This document shows, one piece after another, positions 1 through 10,285 of a DNA stretch of 64,000 bases. Position 1 is the first letter of the stretch, and each line of letters opens with the position of its first letter. Under the pieces are notes generated by a model. That model searched no databases, had not been told where the DNA came from, and worked only from the letters and a program-made list of their open reading frames with translations. The DNA is from Nitrospirota bacterium (GTDB taxonomy: Bacteria; Nitrospirota; UBA9217), in contig CAWCKW010000012.1 of NCBI GenBank assembly GCA_963796285.1, positions 1,152,001-1,216,000 of the forward strand, in the 5' to 3' direction. A program made the position numbers and the translations under genes.

Positions 1-1563
1 AGCATACCCGGCGTCCATCCATGTCTTGAGCTGCGCGCAGGCGGTCCGTAACACCCACTCATCGATGATCGTAATGATCCCGATGGACTCGGCGGTCTGG
101 ATGAACCGTTTAGCGTCAAGCGGGCCCAGTTCCGGGTGCTTCCAGCGCACGAGCGCCTCGGCCGAAACAATTTTCCCCGTCCCGATGTCGATCAGCGGTT
201 GATAGTGGATCGTCAGTTCCTGGTTGGCCACGGCCCGGCGAAGGGCGTTTTCAAATTTCAGACGCTCGACCGAACGCCGGTTGATGTCCGGATCGTAGAA
301 CGCGAACGTGTTCCTGCCCTGGTTCTTTGCGTGATACAGGGCGATGTCCGCGTACCGGAACAGTGAATCGATGCTGTCGCTGTCGTCGGGATAGATGCTG
401 ATGCCCATGCTGACCGTGATAGTGAACTCGTGGCCGGCAATGATGCATTTCTCCCGAAAGGCGTCCAGGATCTTCTGGGTAATTTCCGTGATGTCCTCCG
501 GCCGTGTGATGCCCGCAAGAAGGATGCTGAACTCGTCCCCCCCGATCCTTGCAACGGCGTCCGAATCCCTGATCGTGGCCCGGAGGCGCTCCGCCACCGT
601 CTTCAGGAGCTGATCGCCCGCCTCATGTCCCAGCGTATCGTTGACTTCCTTGAAGCGGTCGAGGTCGAGGAACAGGAGCCCCGTTTTCGTTCGATTGCGG
701 CGGGCTTCGGCGATCTCGAAGCGGATCAGTTCCGTGAACAGCCGCCTGTTCGGCAGGCCCGTCAATACATCGTGATGGGCCATATGCGTGATCTCCTCTT
801 CGAGTCTTTTGCGTTCGGTGATGTCCACGATGAAGGCGATTTCGTCCTGCCCGTCGAGCTTCGCCGCGCCGAAGAGGCCCCAGAATCTCGACCCGTCCCG
901 GCTGAGATATTCCGTTTCGTAGGGTGTAATGCGACCGGTCGCACTGAACTGCTCGGACGCCTCTCTCATTCTCGCCTGCCACTCCGGCGGGACCAGACGG
1001 CTCCAGCGCCGAACCCTGCCCGCCGTGAGTTCCTCGCGATTGGAACCGATCATCGCCAGAAATTTGTCGTTTCCGTCGATGATCCTCCCATCGGCATCCA
1101 GGTACGCTATGCCGATGATGCCGCTCTCGCTCAGGCGGCGGAAGCGCGCCTCGCTGTTCCGGAGCGCTTCGACGGCCCGTTTTCGCTCGATGGCATACCG
1201 TATCGAGCGCACCAGAAGATTGCGGTCGATCTTTCCTTTCGTGAGGTAGTCCTGAACGTCCAGGTGCAGGGCCTTAACGGCGACCTCGTCGTCCTCAAGC
1301 CCGGTGAATACGATGATCGGGATAGTGGGCGATTGCCTCCTGATCTTCAGGACCGAGTCCATCCCGTCGCTGTCGGGAAGCTTCAGATCCAGAAGCACGA
1401 TGTCGAATGAACCCTCGCGCAGGACCTGGAGCCCCTCGGACAGCCGTGGCGCCCAGACGAAGGTAAACAAGGGCTCTCGCACCTTATTCAGCGTCATCCG
1501 GATCAGCTCCGCATCGTCCTCATTATCCTCGATCGCGAGTACATTAATGTTCACATTCTTCAT
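1..1563 (-). CDS. REC-PAS-GGDEF-EAL c-di-GMP signalling protein (3' end runs off the window)
   Basis: Manual translation from ATG 1563: MKNVNINVLAIEDNEDD...DIVLLDLKLPD (receiver), PAS, HDVLTGLPNR, DLDRFKEVND, RDSD I-site, GGDEF, HYQP...AEALVRW. Missing from the ORF track because it is open at the window edge. Confidence 0.93.
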   Translation of the reverse strand, partial: MKNVNINVLAIEDNEDDAELIRMTLNKVREPLFTFVWAPRLSEGLQVLREGSFDIVLLDLKLPDSDGMDSVLKIRRQSPTIPIIVFTGLEDDEVAVKALHLDVQDYLTKGKIDRNLLVRSIRYAIERKRAVEALRNSEARFRRLSESGIIGIAYLDADGRIIDGNDKFLAMIGSNREELTAGRVRRWSRLVPPEWQARMREASEQFSATGRITPYETEYLSRDGSRFWGLFGAAKLDGQDEIAFIVDITERKRLEEEITHMAHHDVLTGLPNRRLFTELIRFEIAEARRNRTKTGLLFLDLDRFKEVNDTLGHEAGDQLLKTVAERLRATIRDSDAVARIGGDEFSILLAGITRPEDITEITQKILDAFREKCIIAGHEFTITVSMGISIYPDDSDSIDSLFRYADIALYHAKNQGRNTFAFYDPDINRRSVERLKFENALRRAVANQELTIHYQPLIDIGTGKIVSAEALVRWKHPELGPLDAKRFIQTAESIGIITIIDEWVLRTACAQLKTWMDAGYA

Positions 1564-1763
1564 AGCGCTCCCTCGTCGGCAGTTCGCGGTCGCAAACTAG
1601 AAACATCGATGCTCTTCACCGCCTCTACAACTCAAAAAACCGTCCCGGTTCATCGGCTGCGCTGCACAACAGCTGTCCGCATAAAGCTGATGGGATGCCG
1701 GGATGTCCTCCTCCGATTCAGGCGTGGTTATGAGGTGGCCTTTTTGGCAAGGTTTTTTCAGAC

Positions 1764-1792
1764 AACGTACTATAAAAGAAGAGACATGTCAA
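1764..1792 (-). promoter_or_regulatory. sigma70-like promoter of the GGDEF/EAL gene
   Basis: Minus strand TTGACA-17 nt-TACGTT. Confidence 0.55.
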
Positions 1793-1901
1793 AGACATTC
1801 ATGAGGGAGAAGACAAAGCAGAGGCTGCTCATATTGCAGCGCATCATTGGGATTATGGAGCGAGGCCTTGCAGGCAGGATGTATGCCGGGTCTTTGTTGT
1901 G

Positions 1902-2288
1902 TCATGGGTCCCTATCCTGCCCCGCCCGGTCAGGGGGACTGCCGGCACTGTTGGAGGGGTCACTCCTGGCAATGAGGAAAAGCACGAGCGCGATGGCTGC
2001 GGTGATGAAGCCAACGGTATACGCAAGAGACTCGCCCCGCCATAGACCGGCAAACCAGCGCATGAAATCATCCGCGAGCACAGCCGCGTTTCCGCCATAG
2101 AGCTGCAGATCATGGACATATCTCTTTGTATTTCCACCTTCAGCCGGGTACATAAATCCGCCGATGAATTCATAGCTCGAACCGCTGGGCGCATCATTCT
2201 TGGCTGCCTGATAGATCCAGATAGAGCTGCTCAGACCAGCCAGCAGGACAACGGCGCTGCTGAGGTACAGGAATTTTCGCAGGCGCAT
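1902..2288 (-). CDS. small two-TM hypothetical membrane protein
   Basis: ORF 1902..2312 with likely start MRLRKF. Two hydrophobic segments flank KRYVHDLQLYGG. Confidence 0.7.
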   Translation of the reverse strand: MRLRKFLYLSSAVVLLAGLSSSIWIYQAAKNDAPSGSSYEFIGGFMYPAEGGNTKRYVHDLQLYGGNAAVLADDFMRWFAGLWRGESLAYTVGFITAAIALVLFLIARSDPSNSAGSPPDRAGQDRDP

Positions 2289-2392
2289 GCTTTTTATCCT
2301 CAGTGTGTGCATTGTAATAGCCGTTTTATATTAAGTCGAATGGGTAAATTATCAATCTTCATCAAGCCGCGGAAATCGCGCGGTCCGCGGGG

Positions 2393-3621
2393 CTACTCAT
2401 ACCGCAGCGCATCGATGGGATTCAGGAGCGAGGCCTTGTAGGCGGGATAGAACCCGAAGAAGATGCCGATGAAGCCGGAAAAACCGAACGCCAGGACAAT
2501 GGATACGGGTGATACGACCGTGGGCCAGCCCGATAGATTTGAAAGGATCATGGACGTCGAGACCCCCACGATGATCCCTATGATGCCGCCGATCATCGAC
2601 AGCGTGAGCGCCTCGATGATGAACTGGAGCCGTATGTCCCAGGTCTTCGCCCCGATCGCCATGCGAATGCCGATCTCGCGCGTGCGTTCGGTCACGGACA
2701 CGAGCATGATGTTCATGATCCCGATCCCGCCGACGAGGAGCGAGACCGAAGCGATGGCCCCGAGCAGCATGGTCATCACCCTGGTGGACTGCTCGGCCGC
2801 CTGCATGATCTGGGTGAGGTTCCGCACGCTGAAGTCGGCGTCCTGTTTCTGGCCGATATGGTGCCGCTGCCTGAGCAGCTCGGTTATCTGTTTCTCGGCA
2901 TCGGCCAGGTCCTCAGCGCTCTTTGCCTTGACCAGGATGATCCTCACCATGCCCGGGAACTGGGTACCGAAGAGCTTTTTCTGGGAAGTGGTAACGGGAA
3001 TCATGATCGTATCGTCCTGGTCCGATCCCTGCGCATTCTGGCCCTTGGGCGAAAGAACGCCGATCACCGTGAACGGGACATTCTTGATCCTGATCGACTG
3101 TCCCACGGGATTTTGCTCCCCGAAAAGGTTGTCCACCACGGTCTGACCGAGCAGGCAGACCTTTGTCGCGTTTTTCACGTCCTGAGTTGTAAAGGTCCGG
3201 CCGGCGGACAGTTCCCAGTCGCGCACGATCAGCATGCCCGGCGTTGTCCCGTTGATACCCGTTGACCAATTCAAGTGTCCATATACGATTTGTGCCACAC
3301 CTCCCAGGCTGGGCGCCACTTCCTCTACGGCGGGGCACTCCTTGATGATCGCATCGGCGTCTGCCAGGTTGAGCGTGGACTGTGTCCCTCCCCCCATCCT
3401 CACCCCCCGGAGGTCGTGGCGCCGGGCAGGATGATGAGAAGATTGCTTCCCATGCTCGATATCTGTTCCGCGATCTTCTGACTTGCGCCGGTGCCGATGG
3501 CGACCATGGCGATCACGGCCCCGACGCCGATGATGATGCCGAGCATGGTGAGGGCGGAGCGCATTTTATTGACCCGCAGGGCGCGAAACGATATCTTGAA
3601 CGTTGAAGGAATGTTGATCAT
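2393..3621 (-). CDS. MacB/FtsX-family ABC permease (one frameshift near 3400)
   Basis: N-part RSALTMLGIIIGV. C-part VGGIGIMNIMLVSVTERTREIGIRMAIGA...LNPIDALRYE. Confidence 0.92.
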
Positions 3622-3684
3622 AATGAATTTGGGTTCAGGGTTCAGGGGCCTGGATTCACCTGACTCTTGACTACCGACTCTTGA

Positions 3685-4377
3685 CTACCGACTACCGACT
3701 TTCTCATCACTCACGATATGCCCATCCGAGAACCGGATGATCCGTTTGCTGAACGCCGCGATGTCCTGCTCGTGGGTCACCAGGATCACCGTTATGTTCG
3801 ACTCCTGGTTCAGCTTCACAAAGAGCTCCATGATCTCGACGCTCGTCTTGGTATCGAGATTGCCTGTCGGTTCGTCCGCGAGGATGATCGGCGCTTCGTT
3901 CACGAGCGCCCGGGCAATGGCGACCCGCTGCTGCTGGCCGCCGGAAAGCTGGTTCGGGTGGTGTCCTTCCCTGCCTTCGAGACCCACGCTCTTGAGCGCC
4001 TTTCGCGCGTTTTCTTGCCGCTGGTGGGCCGGGAAACCGTTGTAGAGCATGGGAAGCTCGACATTCTCAAGGGCCGATGTCCTGGACAACAGGTTGAAGC
4101 CCTGGAACACGAAGCCGAGCTTCTTGTTCCGGATCTCGGCCAGTGCGTCCCGCGAGAGGCCGCCGGTATCGATGCCGTCGAGCAGATAGTGCCCGTCTGT
4201 CGGCGTATCGAGGCACCCGAGGACATTCATGAACGTGGACTTACCCGATCCCGACTGTCCCATGATGGCTACAAACTCGCCCTTTTCAATGGTCGCTGAA
4301 ATGCCGTCGAGCGCCCGTACCTCGACGTCGCCGAGACTATACACCTTGGTGAGCTTTCTGGCTTCGATGAGCGCCAT
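3685..4377 (-). CDS. MacB/LolD-type ABC ATP-binding protein
   Basis: GQSGSGKST, LSGGQQQRVAIARAL, ILADEPTGNLD, VTH. Confidence 0.95.
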   Translation of the reverse strand: MALIEARKLTKVYSLGDVEVRALDGISATIEKGEFVAIMGQSGSGKSTFMNVLGCLDTPTDGHYLLDGIDTGGLSRDALAEIRNKKLGFVFQGFNLLSRTSALENVELPMLYNGFPAHQRQENARKALKSVGLEGREGHHPNQLSGGQQQRVAIARALVNEAPIILADEPTGNLDTKTSVEIMELFVKLNQESNITVILVTHEQDIAAFSKRIIRFSDGHIVSDEKVGSR

Positions 4378-4378
4378 A

Positions 4379-5582
4379 TCAGAACATCCTCGGCCCTGAG
4401 GTCGGCGTATTCGTCTTCTTCAAAGTCTCGACGATGACCTGCTGGCCTTCCTTCAGGTCGCCGGACACGATCTCAGTATACGTGCCGTCGCTGATGCCCG
4501 GGGTGATGGCAACGCGTTTCGGTTTCCCGTTCTCAAGGATCCAGACTGCCGGTCCTTTCTTCTCGGACGCGCCCGCGCCTGGCTTTGCTCCCGCAGCCGC
4601 GCCGGCCCCCGCTCCTGCAGTCGCGGACCGGTCAGTGAACCGGAACCGCGTGGCCGCGTTCGTGATCCTGAGCACGTCGTGTCTCGTCTGTGATGATGAC
4701 CGAGACGTTGGCGGTCATTCCCGGCATAAGCTTGAGATCGCGGTTGTCCACCTGGATCACCACGTCATAGGTCACCACGTTCTGCACGGTTATCGGGGCC
4801 TGCCGTTTCTGCCATACTTTGCCTTTGAAGGTAATATCGGGATAGGCATCCACGGTGAAATCCACCTCCTGCCCCAGCTTCACGACGCCGATATCCGATT
4901 CCGCGATGTTCGTGTCGATCTGCATCTTGGTAAGGTCCTGGGCGATGGTGAACAGGGTCGGCGTCTGGAAGCTCGCCGCCACGGTCTGGCCCACATCCAC
5001 GTTCCTCGAAATAACGATGCCGTCGACCGGAGAGGCGATCTTGGTGTATTCGAGGTTCTGCCTGGCGATGTCCAAAGAGGCCTTGCTCTGTTCGATCGCC
5101 GCCTTTGACGAGTTCACCTGGGCCTTTGCGCTCTCATAATTCGTGTCGGACGTGTCCAGATCGCTTCTCGGGATCAGATTTTTCGCGAACAGCTCCTTGT
5201 TCCGCTCGAACGTCCTTTTCGCGTCAACGAGGGCGGTATTGGATTTGTCCAGATTGGCCTGCGCCGCGAGCAGGTTCGCCTTGGCCTGCTGCACCTGGGA
5301 CTCGAAGGTGGACGGGTCGATCTGGGCAATGATCTGCCCTTTTTTCACGCGGGAATTGAAATCCACAAAGAGCGCTTTTATCGTCCCCGAAACCTGCGTG
5401 CCGACCAGTACGGTCGTTACCGCGTTGACCGTGCCCGTGGCGGTGACGGACTGCTGGATATCACCTTTCGAGACCTGCTCGGTCCGGTACGACGGGCCGT
5501 CGCCCTTGCAGCCGAACAGCAAGGCCATGAGGCTCATGACGATCACAACGCTGCGTGGGGTGAGCTTTGCCATCTTTTTCAT
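4379..5582 (-). CDS. MacA-like periplasmic adaptor lipoprotein (frameshift near 4680)
   Basis: LFGC lipobox, VGTQVSG, SPVDGIVISRNV, LMPGMTANV. C-terminus continues in ORF 4379..4675. Confidence 0.9.
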
Positions 5583-5654
5583 ATACGGTCCTTTTCCTCT
5601 TTCATTGTTCTGTTCTCGCGAACGTCATGGATCCAGCGGCGGCACTCTTACCCG

Positions 5655-8600
5655 TTATCCCCGGGTGCGGAAAATAGCAAGTTTGCCGAACCTCTTCTGG
5701 AACGTATCAAGATACGTATAGACGACGGGCGTTATATACAGGGTCAACAGCTGCGAAAAGAGCAGACCGCCGACCACGGCAAGACCGAGAGGCCGCCGCG
5801 CCTCTGCGCCCGCGCCCAGGCCGAGCGCAATGGGGAGCGTGCCCATCAGGGCCGCCATCGAGGTCATCATGATCGGACGGAACCTGACAAGGGCCCCTTC
5901 GAAGATCGCTTCCTCGGGTTTTTTCCCTTCCTTCCGTTCCGCTTCAAGAGCGAAGTCGATCATCATGATGGCGTTCTTTTTCACGATCCCGATAAGCATG
6001 ATAACGCCCACATACCCGTAAATATTGAGCTCCATGCCGAAAGCCATGAGGGTCAGCAGCGCCCCCACGCCCGCGGCAGGCAGTCCCGAGAGGATCGTGA
6101 GCGGATGGATAAAGCTCTCGTACAGGACGCCGAGGACGATGTAGATGACCAGGACGGCCAGGATCAGGAGAAGGAACAGGCCCTGCGTGGACGACTGGTA
6201 CGCCTGGGCCGTGCCCTGGAAACTGGTCGTGATGGACTGCGGCAGCGTCTGCCGGGCGACCTTATCCACGTCCCCGACGGCTTCACTCAGGGAAACCCCC
6301 GGCCTCAGGTTAAAGGAAAGGGTCACCGCGGGGAGCTGACCGAGATGATTGATGAGGAGCGGACCCGTGCCCACGGTCGGCTTGGTAACGACATTGAGCG
6401 GTACTAATTTGCCGGACGAAGATCGGATATACAGCATGGTCAGCGAGGACGGGTCCGCCTGGTACCGGGGTTCCAGCTCCATGATGACCTGGTACTGGTT
6501 GGTCGGCGCCAGGATGGTTGAGATCTGCTGCGAGCTGTACGCCGCGCTGAGCGCGCTTTCGATCTGCTGCGCCGTGACGCCGAGCGCCGCTGCCTTGTCG
6601 CGGTCTATCTCGAGGTTCACCTGCGGGTTTTTTATCAGCAGATCGGTATTCACGTCCTGGAGCTGCGGCAACGCCCGAAGTTTCGCTTCGAGGATCGGGG
6701 CCGATTTATACAGCTCGTCCGTGTCCGGGCCCTGGAGCGTATACTGGTACTGGCTCTTCGTAAGCACGCCGCCGATGCGGATGGGAGGCAGGTTCTGCAT
6801 GAAGATCCTGATGCCGATGACGCCCGCGGTCTTTCTGCGCAACTGCTGGATGATCTGGTCGGCGGAAAGTTTACGCTCTGCACGGGGCTTCAACCTCATG
6901 AAGATCCGGCCGGAGTTGGCAGCCGCGTTCGGTCCGCCCGCGCCGATGCTCGACATGAAGGCCTCCACATTCTCGTCCTGGGCGATGATGTCCGCCAGTT
7001 CCAGTTGGTGTTTTCTCATGTCGGCAAAGGAGATCCCCTGCTGAGCCTCGGTAATGGCGAAGACCTGGCCCGTGTCCTCGGTCGGGAGAAAGCCTTTCGG
7101 TATGATATAGAAGAGCGCGAACGTCACGGGAAGAAGCAGAAGGGAGATCATCAGCGTGACAAAGCGGTGTTTGAGCACCCACGTGAGGCTCCTCTCATAG
7201 CTTTTCCGCAGGCGATCGAAGAATCGCTCCAGGACCATGTAGAACCGGCCGTGCCGCTCTTGTCCGGGAGGCCGCAGAAACCGGCTGCAGAGCATGGGGG
7301 TCAGCGTAAGGGACACCACGCCCGAAACAAGGATCGCCACGGTGATCACGACCGCGAATTCATGCAGCAGGCGTCCGAGGATGCCTCCCATGAAGAGCAC
7401 GGGGATGAAGACCGCGACCAGTGAGAACGTCATGGACAGGATCGTAAAACCGATCTCCTGCGACCCCTTGAGCGAGGCCTCAAGCACGGGTTCCCCGTGT
7501 TCCATGTGCCGGACGATGTTCTCGAGCATCACGATGGCGTCGTCGACCACGAACCCCACGGCAAGGATCATCGCCATGAGCGAAAGGTTGTCCACGCTGT
7601 AGCCGAGCACGTACATGGCCGAGAACGTACCGATGATCGACATGGGGAGCGCCAGGCTCGGGATGATCGTGGCCGAGAGGTTGCGTAAAAAAAGGAAGAT
7701 GACGAATACGACGAGCACGATCGCGAGCATCAGGGTCAACTTGACATCGCCGACGGATTCACGTATGGACGTGGATCGGTCGAAGAGAATATCCAGACTG
7801 ACCGATGCGGGAATCACCTCTCGGAACGTCGGCAACAGCTTCTTAATGGAATCCACGACCTCGACCGTGTTGGTGCCGGGCTGACGCTGAATGGCCAGGA
7901 TGACCGCCCTGGTCTTTGCTTTGGACGTATTGTACCAGCTTGCGACCTTATCGTTTTCCACGCTGTCGATGACCCTGCCGAGTTCCACGAGCCGGACGGG
8001 ATTGCCGTTGCGGTATGCCACAATGAGGGGGCGGTATGCCTCTGCATCCATGAGCTGGCCGCCCGTTTGTATGGTGAACGACTTCGTTGCCCCTTGCAGG
8101 GTCCCGGTCGGCAGGTTCACGTTCCCGTTCGCAACCGCGTTCGCCACTTCGTCGATGCCTATTCCGCGGGAGGCGAGGGCGTGGGGATCGAGCTGGGCGC
8201 GGACCGCGTACTTCTGGGAGCCGAATACCTGCACCTGGGCCACGCCGCTTATCATTGAAATGCGCTGGGCCATGGTGGTCTCGGCGTATTCGTCCACGGC
8301 TGCGAGCGGCAGTGTGGGAGAACTGAGCGCAAGATAGATGATCGGCTGGTCCGCGGGATTGACCTTCTGGTAGGTCGGGGGCGTCGGCATGTCCGGCGGG
8401 AGCAGGCGCGCGGCCTTGGCGATCATGGCCTGGACGTCCTGGGCCGCGGCATCGATGTTCCGGCTGAGGTTGAATTGGAGGTTGATCTGAGTAGAACCGA
8501 GCGCGCTCACCGACGTCATGTTATCGAGGCCGGCGATGGTGGAGAACTGGCGCTCGAGCGGCGTTGCCACGGCAGAGGCCATTGTCTCCGGGCTGGCGCC

Positions 8601-8756
8601 GGGCAGCGTGGCGTTCACGACGATGTTCGGGAAATCCACATTCGGCAGATCGCTCACGGGCAGCAGACGGTATGCCATGATGCCGAAGAGAAGGATCGCG
8701 CCCATGATCAGGGTCGTCATGACCGGTCTTCGTATAAAGGGTTCTGCGATGTTCAT
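5655..8756 (-). CDS. RND efflux permease, MdtB/MdtC (AcrB family)
   Basis: 1033 aa. FIRRPVMTTL, GFVVDDAIVMLENI, GIVKKNAIMMIDFA, RFRPIMMT. Confidence 0.96.
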   Translation of the reverse strand: MNIAEPFIRRPVMTTLIMGAILLFGIMAYRLLPVSDLPNVDFPNIVVNATLPGASPETMASAVATPLERQFSTIAGLDNMTSVSALGSTQINLQFNLSRNIDAAAQDVQAMIAKAARLLPPDMPTPPTYQKVNPADQPIIYLALSSPTLPLAAVDEYAETTMAQRISMISGVAQVQVFGSQKYAVRAQLDPHALASRGIGIDEVANAVANGNVNLPTGTLQGATKSFTIQTGGQLMDAEAYRPLIVAYRNGNPVRLVELGRVIDSVENDKVASWYNTSKAKTRAVILAIQRQPGTNTVEVVDSIKKLLPTFREVIPASVSLDILFDRSTSIRESVGDVKLTLMLAIVLVVFVIFLFLRNLSATIIPSLALPMSIIGTFSAMYVLGYSVDNLSLMAMILAVGFVVDDAIVMLENIVRHMEHGEPVLEASLKGSQEIGFTILSMTFSLVAVFIPVLFMGGILGRLLHEFAVVITVAILVSGVVSLTLTPMLCSRFLRPPGQERHGRFYMVLERFFDRLRKSYERSLTWVLKHRFVTLMISLLLLPVTFALFYIIPKGFLPTEDTGQVFAITEAQQGISFADMRKHQLELADIIAQDENVEAFMSSIGAGGPNAAANSGRIFMRLKPRAERKLSADQIIQQLRRKTAGVIGIRIFMQNLPPIRIGGVLTKSQYQYTLQGPDTDELYKSAPILEAKLRALPQLQDVNTDLLIKNPQVNLEIDRDKAAALGVTAQQIESALSAAYSSQQISTILAPTNQYQVIMELEPRYQADPSSLTMLYIRSSSGKLVPLNVVTKPTVGTGPLLINHLGQLPAVTLSFNLRPGVSLSEAVGDVDKVARQTLPQSITTSFQGTAQAYQSSTQGLFLLLILAVLVIYIVLGVLYESFIHPLTILSGLPAAGVGALLTLMAFGMELNIYGYVGVIMLIGIVKKNAIMMIDFALEAERKEGKKPEEAIFEGALVRFRPIMMTSMAALMGTLPIALGLGAGAEARRPLGLAVVGGLLFSQLLTLYITPVVYTYLDTFQKRFGKLAIFRTRG

Positions 8757-8769
8757 TCGGATAGTCCTT

Positions 8770-8898
8770 GATGATCCCGTAAAAAGTCGGTTATTACCGC
8801 AGAGACGCGGAGGGCGCGAAGAAAACTTATTGAATCATTTTTAATTTCTCTGCGTCTCAGCGCCTCTGCGGTGGATTCAGACTTCGTACAAATGCATC
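8770..8898. repeat. nested REP-like palindromic element
   Basis: Outer arms GATGATCCCGTAAAAAGTC / GACTTCGTACAAATGCATC enclose ACCGCAGAGACGCGGAG...CTCAGCGCCTCTGCGGT (8796-8872). Confidence 0.7.
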
Positions 8899-8969
8899 TT
8901 TCTTAAGTTTATAAATAAGAACGCGAGACGACGATCTTCGTAATTCAACAACAATGACACGGCTGTCGG

Positions 8970-10178
8970 TTACTTTTCATTGCCAGCTTTTTGTTTTTTA
9001 TCCGATTGGCCGGTGCTTGCCTGATCGCTTCCAGTCTGCCCGCTTTTTACCGGGGGTGTTTGCGGTTGCTCCTCTTTCAACTCCACACGGACCCCGGTGA
9101 TCAGGTTGAGCTGTCCGTCGGTCACGACTTTTTCTCCCGGCGTCACGCCTTGAGCGACCACGGCGATATCACCGGACGTCCGTGCGATTGTCACCGGCCG
9201 GGACTCGACCGTATTGTCCGGTTTTACCACAAAGACATACTGACCCTGCTGCCCTGCTTGAAGGGCCGCAGCCGGCATGACAACAGCGTTCCGTTGGGTC
9301 GTGAGCGTCAGGACCACATTGATGAACTGTCCCGGCCAGAGCCTTTTGTCCTTGTTCTCGAAGGTGCCTTTCAGCTGGATGGTCCCGGTGGCGGCGTCCA
9401 CGGCATTATTAATAAACGTAAGCTTTCCCTGAACGGGCCGTTTCTCGTCTCCGGGAATAACAGCATCCACCTGCAAGGATCCTTCAGCCATATATTTTTT
9501 AATATTCGCGAGGTTCTGTTCCGGCAAAGAGAAGGTCACATAGATCGGGACGATCTTATTGATCGTGACCATGGTCAGATCGTTCGCTTTAATGACATTG
9601 CCCTTGTTGATAAGGACGCTTCCGACGCGTCCGTCGATCGGAGATTTGATCGTGCAATAGGCAAGCTGCAGCCTGCCGTTCTCGACATTCGCTTTGTCCG
9701 CCTGGACCACGGCCGCCAGGGCGTCCGCAGCTGAGCGAAACTGGTCATATTGGTCCTTGGAGACATAGTCTTTCTGAACAAGGATCTCGTATCTCTTGGC
9801 CTGCTCTTCCGAATTCTTCGCCTGTGCAACATCGCGCGCGAGCTGCGCCTCGGCCTGCTTGAGGGCCGCCTCGTAGGGTCGAGGATCGATCTGGAAGAGC
9901 ACGTCGCCCTGCTGGACATCCTGACCTTCCTTGAATTGCACGCCGATGATCTCCCCGTTGACCAGGGCTTTCACGGATACGGCATTGTACGCCTCGACAT
10001 TGCCGATGGCATTGATCTGCACCGGGATGTTCTGTTGCATCACATCGCCTATTTTTACCGGTACGGCCGGCTTCGCCGCTTGTTTCGCCCTGCCGTCGTT
10101 GGAACAGGCGCTGATGATGAGAAAGAGCGCGACCGGAACGATCAGTTTCGCGCCCGCATGAACAGGTTTAAGCTTCAT
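8970..10178 (-). CDS. RND periplasmic adaptor, MdtA-like lipoprotein
   Basis: ISAC lipobox, FQIDPRPY, SPIDGRVG, LWPGQFINV. Confidence 0.93.
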   Translation of the reverse strand: MKLKPVHAGAKLIVPVALFLIISACSNDGRAKQAAKPAVPVKIGDVMQQNIPVQINAIGNVEAYNAVSVKALVNGEIIGVQFKEGQDVQQGDVLFQIDPRPYEAALKQAEAQLARDVAQAKNSEEQAKRYEILVQKDYVSKDQYDQFRSAADALAAVVQADKANVENGRLQLAYCTIKSPIDGRVGSVLINKGNVIKANDLTMVTINKIVPIYVTFSLPEQNLANIKKYMAEGSLQVDAVIPGDEKRPVQGKLTFINNAVDAATGTIQLKGTFENKDKRLWPGQFINVVLTLTTQRNAVVMPAAALQAGQQGQYVFVVKPDNTVESRPVTIARTSGDIAVVAQGVTPGEKVVTDGQLNLITGVRVELKEEQPQTPPVKSGQTGSDQASTGQSDKKQKAGNEK

Positions 10179-10285
10179 TATCTTTCGCTGCCTCTCTTTA
10201 TTGATTTACACATCCGGTTATGGAGCAATGCCAGGTACCCCTGGCGGTTAGAGCAACACATTGCCTTCTGCCTGACGTTACCCGG

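Noticed and set aside
430-1410. Long antisense ORFs (e.g. 430..1410 +, 27311..28660 +, 47251..48312 -, 50360..51352 +)
   Set aside because: They are shadow frames of GC-rich real genes on the opposite strand.
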